DNA of 14,455 nucleotides from a virus (Duplodnaviria; Heunggongvirae; Uroviricota; Caudoviricetes): IMG/VR virus record IMGVR_UViG_2698536576_000009, positions 1 to 14,455 of that record; one strand, 5' to 3'. Shown piece by piece: positions 14,320 to 14,455 of this stretch (position 1 is its first letter; each line of letters starts with the position of its first letter). The notes under the pieces were generated by a model. It saw only the letters and a program-made list of their open reading frames with translations, ran no database searches and was not told where the DNA came from. The position numbers and the translations under genes were made by a program.

Positions 14320-14455
14320 CCTTCCCGGATTGCTGAATGTGGCGTTATGTACGGTTATCGTGCTGACGCTCTTTTTTTATCGTCGTCGTGATTCCAGACA
14401 TAAACCGCTGGTGTCATGGCTGGCCTGGCTGCTGATGCTGCTGTATGCCTTTGTG
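14309..14455 (+). CDS. second small membrane protein (holin/antiholin-like), truncated by the window end
   Basis: ATG at 14309 with GGAGGAGG RBS, overlapping the upstream stop by 11 nt; hydrophobic N-terminus MLSNLPGLLNVALCTVIVLTLFFYRRR...; open to the end of the window. Confidence 0.5.
   Translation, partial: MLSNLPGLLNVALCTVIVLTLFFYRRRDSRHKPLVSWLAWLLMLLYAFV

Noticed and set aside
1-14455. CRISPR arrays, IS elements, integrase or attachment sites, rRNA/tRNA genes
   Set aside because: No spacer-repeat periodicity, no terminal inverted repeats flanking a transposase-like ORF, no integrase-like ORF and no structured RNA genes of these classes were seen; the window is internal to the prophage.

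Overview
This window reads as a contiguous slice of a DicA-type lambdoid prophage (Qin / CP-933P-like architecture) from an enterobacterial genome. All calls are from reading the sequence and recalled family features; no searches were run. Left to right: (1) the tail of a leftward early operon on the minus strand, with a DicF-like sRNA at 170..227 and YdfB-like and YdfA-like small proteins; between them, where Qin carries ydfC, sits an AT-rich insertion with a convergent, 3'-overlapping pair of unknown genes (an 80-aa zinc-ribbon-like protein and a 186-aa protein); (2) an immunity switch with a DicA-like repressor (minus) and a divergent Cro-like gene (plus); (3) a replication module (YdaT-like, O-like, P-like); (4) a run of translationally coupled small accessory genes including tandem paralogs; (5) a hok/sok-type type I toxin-antitoxin locus in which the sok antisense promoter appears intact; (6) DUF968-like protein, RusA resolvase and a short Q-type antiterminator, followed by a compact late promoter/terminator unit; (7) an AT-rich cargo island between Q and the lysis genes, holding an ORF6N-type antirepressor-like gene, a polytopic membrane protein of unknown function and a pertussis-like AB5 ADP-ribosylating toxin operon (B subunit first, then A, overlapping by 8 nt); (8) the start of a lysis cassette (two holin-like membrane proteins, the second truncated by the window end). 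The best candidates for something undescribed are the convergent gene pair in the leftward operon and the membrane protein upstream of the toxin genes; the toxin itself looks like a known family (ArtAB / PltAB / EcPlt-like).
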